This document shows, piece after piece, positions 60,886 through 64,000 of a stretch of DNA of 64,000 nucleotides. How positions within the stretch are numbered: the first letter of the stretch is position 1; each line of letters starts with the position of its first letter. The notes under the pieces are model-generated. The model did not search any database, was not told the origin of the DNA, and saw only the letters and a program-made list of their open reading frames with translations. Source of the DNA: Antedon mediterranea (taxonomy: Eukaryota > Animalia > Echinodermata); the NCBI RefSeq assembly GCF_964355755.1, contig NC_092676.1:3449888-3513887 (forward strand), read 5' to 3'. Position numbers and translations under genes: made by a program.

Positions 60886-62892
60886 ATGGCTCATCATCAA
60901 TATTGTACATTGCTGTTGTACAAGTACCTGATTATATTGTATAGTGTATTTCACTGCTGTTGTGCACAATCTTATACTTTTACAAAACATCCACAACCGG
61001 TTCTCGTTGCTGAAGGACAAACAGCAACGATAGCGTGTGAATGGACACCTGAATTGAATGAAAACCATGATATTTCATGGAGATACCATCCTGTTCTTAG
61101 AAGGGGTCAATTAATTACAAAATCAACATCAAAATACACTTTCACAAAAGGTGCAACATTTTCAAGGCTTTCCATTTTAAATGTTGATTTTTATGATGTA
61201 GGAACATGCTTGTGTCGTATCTCCGAAGGTGATGGTGTATACAGTTCTTCTAAAACTACTTATGTAGCGCTAGTATTAGCGTGTAGTCCAGAATATGATA
61301 ATGGTGAAATAGAAACAACGATAACATGTTCTTATACTTCATCTTATCTTCTATATTCTATTGATTTACTATGGTATAAAGACGGAAATGTAATTACTTC
61401 AGCAACAACACAAAATAGTCTTTCAAAATCAAGGATTTTGACTGCTGAAGACGATGGAGCTGTGTTTACTTGTAAAGCTTTCATCTCAAATCATGTAATA
61501 GGAACTTGTGAAACTATTCCGCTAATATTGAACATAGATACAGAGATTGAACAATCACCACCAGGTCCACTTCAGGTTGGTGATAGCTTTAACCTTACCT
61601 GCTCAGGGAAAGGTAATCCTGATTATTATAAGTATGTATGGACGTGGAATGACAAACCTGTAGGATCGTCCCCAGATAAAAATAGATATGCAATAGCTAG
61701 TGTGCTTACTGCGAAGGATGTACGAAGTACCAGTGACAAAAAAGTTACTTGTACCATTAGTCGTGATGGTCGTAATAGCAGTACAGCGAGACATACAATA
61801 AATGTTGCAGAAAATACGCAAAGTACAACTGCATGTTCACGCACACCACACGGTAGGTCTACTGTTACAGACCCACTATCAGCAAACAATGTCACAGACA
61901 ATGAGCCACAAACATTGATTATTGTCATTGGCGTAGTTGCAACAGTTATTGTGATTTTGATAACAGCAATTGTAATTTACATTTTACATAAAAGGCGTAA
62001 GAAACATGACAAAAAGACAAAACCTGAAAATGTACCATTGAAAGAACCAATGCATGGCAACACTGATCAAGAAATTATTATTAAAACGCGCGTAGATGGC
62101 CCTCTGCGCGAAACGTTGGTGACCGATGTGGCTATATATGATGAACCTACAATGTCAGACACACATGGAAACTGGGAGATTGTTTACGAAGACCCTGACG
62201 TACCACCACACGACCAATTAACAGAAAAAGATAAGTATGATTATGTTGCATCAGAAGAAATGACAGTTGAAAGAGAGAGCAAAACCGAGTATGACTATGC
62301 GGCAACAACAGACACCCACAGTGCCGAGAAGACAACTGAACGACACAACTATGATTATGTGGTATCAGCAGACATCCACAGAACAGAAAATGAATATGAC
62401 GATGTAACATCAGCAGACGATCAAAACGATGAAACAGACAGGGAAAATGAGTATGATTATGTGGAAACACCAGGCATAGGCTCCACAGAAAAAGAAGGCT
62501 TTGCAGAATACATTGAACTTGTTGATGACAACGCCGATGTCGAATGTCATCAGAGGAAGCCACTAACAACTAATATGCCTGCTGCATCCAAGTACAATGA
62601 TGTTTCAATGTCACAAACTTATATTTCCATAAATATTAGAGCAAATGATAATGAGGCTGAGTACGAAAATAGTAAAGTGCATCGTCCCAAAGGTGTCTCG
62701 ACTTCTGATAACTTAAAGACCGAAAGTGTTAAATTATCACAGAGATCAAGAAGAGATGGAAAAACCATTTCAGATAATCGCGAAGATGACGTCACCAATG
62801 TGCATGCGAGTAAATTTGAAGTACGTGATACAAACGACGTGTACGAAAATGCATCGGTACGCAGAAAAGCAGCGAAGTGTGCTAAGAAATAG
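60886..62892 (+). CDS. g12: IgSF receptor (V type C, short stalk, tail T3)
   Basis: 668 aa ORF. V resembles g3/g5, TM and tail resemble g6/g8, and the 3' flank resembles g5. Confidence 0.88.
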   Translation: MAHHQYCTLLLYKYLIILYSVFHCCCAQSYTFTKHPQPVLVAEGQTATIACEWTPELNENHDISWRYHPVLRRGQLITKSTSKYTFTKGATFSRLSILNVDFYDVGTCLCRISEGDGVYSSSKTTYVALVLACSPEYDNGEIETTITCSYTSSYLLYSIDLLWYKDGNVITSATTQNSLSKSRILTAEDDGAVFTCKAFISNHVIGTCETIPLILNIDTEIEQSPPGPLQVGDSFNLTCSGKGNPDYYKYVWTWNDKPVGSSPDKNRYAIASVLTAKDVRSTSDKKVTCTISRDGRNSSTARHTINVAENTQSTTACSRTPHGRSTVTDPLSANNVTDNEPQTLIIVIGVVATVIVILITAIVIYILHKRRKKHDKKTKPENVPLKEPMHGNTDQEIIIKTRVDGPLRETLVTDVAIYDEPTMSDTHGNWEIVYEDPDVPPHDQLTEKDKYDYVASEEMTVERESKTEYDYAATTDTHSAEKTTERHNYDYVVSADIHRTENEYDDVTSADDQNDETDRENEYDYVETPGIGSTEKEGFAEYIELVDDNADVECHQRKPLTTNMPAASKYNDVSMSQTYISINIRANDNEAEYENSKVHRPKGVSTSDNLKTESVKLSQRSRRDGKTISDNREDDVTNVHASKFEVRDTNDVYENASVRRKAAKCAKK

Positions 62893-64000
62893 AAGAAGAA
62901 AAACATAACCAACCGTACAGAATAGTAATACAAAAACAAACAATGAAAAGTCCACTAACGCATATTATCAAAGAGACTTGTTTATGAATGTTTAATCTAT
63001 TAAGGCTTTTATTATGTGAAATTGTTATCTGTTATTATTGTCCCCAACACGTACAGGGGTGTGACTTATTCTTTTACGTATTCTAAGACTAGTATGAGCC
63101 ATGATAGTTCCATGGTAAAAGAAATAGAAAAGTAGGCTAAATATTATAAGTTAATATCTTGAAATATTTAATTTTGTTTAAGGAAGTAAATAAAAAAATA
63201 TTATATTAGAAATAATCAACTCTGAGAGATGAACATTAACCAGAAAAGAGAGTTTTATATTAATGTCGTTTACTGTTTTTATATCTAATTGTCTATACAT
63301 TTTATACATTTTTACATTATATGCATATATTTTCTTTGTTATCCTTTTTAATGTAAAATTTTACGGTTTTGGCTATTTGTATAATTGATCGTATGTTTTT
63401 GGACAAATAAATGAATTAATATAATTATGCGATATGTGTAATGTTTCTTTAAGACGCATTTGTGAAAACTGTATTCAGAAAAAACATCAAATAAAATAAA
63501 AAAAGGCTGTTTATAAGTTTCTACGTTTTAATGATAAAGGGGTTAATTGGCCAACAAGAGGTGAACATTAGCTTGTTGACTCTATTTATGATCAAAGTAG
63601 AACATCATCAATCAACAAACTGAATCTATTAAACATCATTAACATGTTATTTTAGTTTAAAAAAAGTTCAACAATAAAAGAATATATATATACTAGTGAC
63701 ACGTGTTCTATAGAACACGAGCCCAGTCAGCCAATTTGTGTAAACAAAAAATAATATATAATATATTTAATAAAAAACATTAAATCTCTTGTTGTCATTG
63801 ATTGACCTCCCACCCAAATCGTTCCTGATGGGACAAGAACGTTTGCTCTTTACATACAAAATTTTATTTCACAGTTTCAGTCTTATAGGGGGCGGTATAC
63901 AATACTAGAAAAATGTTGAATGCTTCCTCATGATGAACTGTGTAGTGTAGTTGACAAAAGTACATTTTTCTACAATATATATTAATAAAATATTGCACGA
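62893..64000 (+). repeat. Duplicate of the g5 3' flank (22853 to about 24280) lacking the SINE
   Basis: Near-identical collinear sequence running to the window end. Confidence 0.88.

Noticed and set aside
885-62892. RAG-type V(D)J rearrangement, or splicing of variable exons to a shared constant exon
   Set aside because: No heptamer/nonamer signals noticed, and each gene has its own complete tail and stop codon.
1-64000. Prokaryotic or viral system (CRISPR, DGR, viral Ig gene family)
   Set aside because: Low coding density with SINEs, LINEs and MITEs. All RT-like ORFs are ordinary retrotransposon fragments, and there are no repeat-spacer arrays.

Overview
AT-rich animal genomic DNA; the SINE, LINE and MITE content rules out a prokaryote, and a marine invertebrate deuterostome such as an echinoderm is an inference only. 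The window holds a same-strand tandem array of one family of immunoglobulin-superfamily type I membrane receptors, each with its whole coding region in one uninterrupted ORF. The architecture is Cys-rich signal peptide, V-like Ig, two C2/I-like Ig, Thr/Ser-rich repeat stalk, TM, and a Tyr-motif-rich tail. There are nine intact genes (g1 885, g2 6139, g3 12254, g4 16611, g5 20939, g6 25967, g8 32917, g10 41700, g12 60886), three pseudogenes (g7, g9, g11) and several older remnants. Paralogs are mosaics: V-domain types and tail types occur in different combinations, stalk length varies by repeat number, and variation concentrates in V-domain loops. This suggests a rapidly diversifying immune or allorecognition receptor cluster. 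The array grew by segmental duplication (about 0.1-12 kb versus 41-61 kb, plus three tandem 7-9 kb units). Copy-specific transposons, with empty sites often visible in the paralogous copy, include a recent Gmr1-like LTR element with SCAN-like Gag, a LINE nested in an LTR fragment inside g11, CR1- and Rex1-like LINE fragments, two tRNA-derived SINEs, and Kolobok-, hAT-, MULE- and Harbinger-type non-autonomous elements. All comparisons were made by eye.
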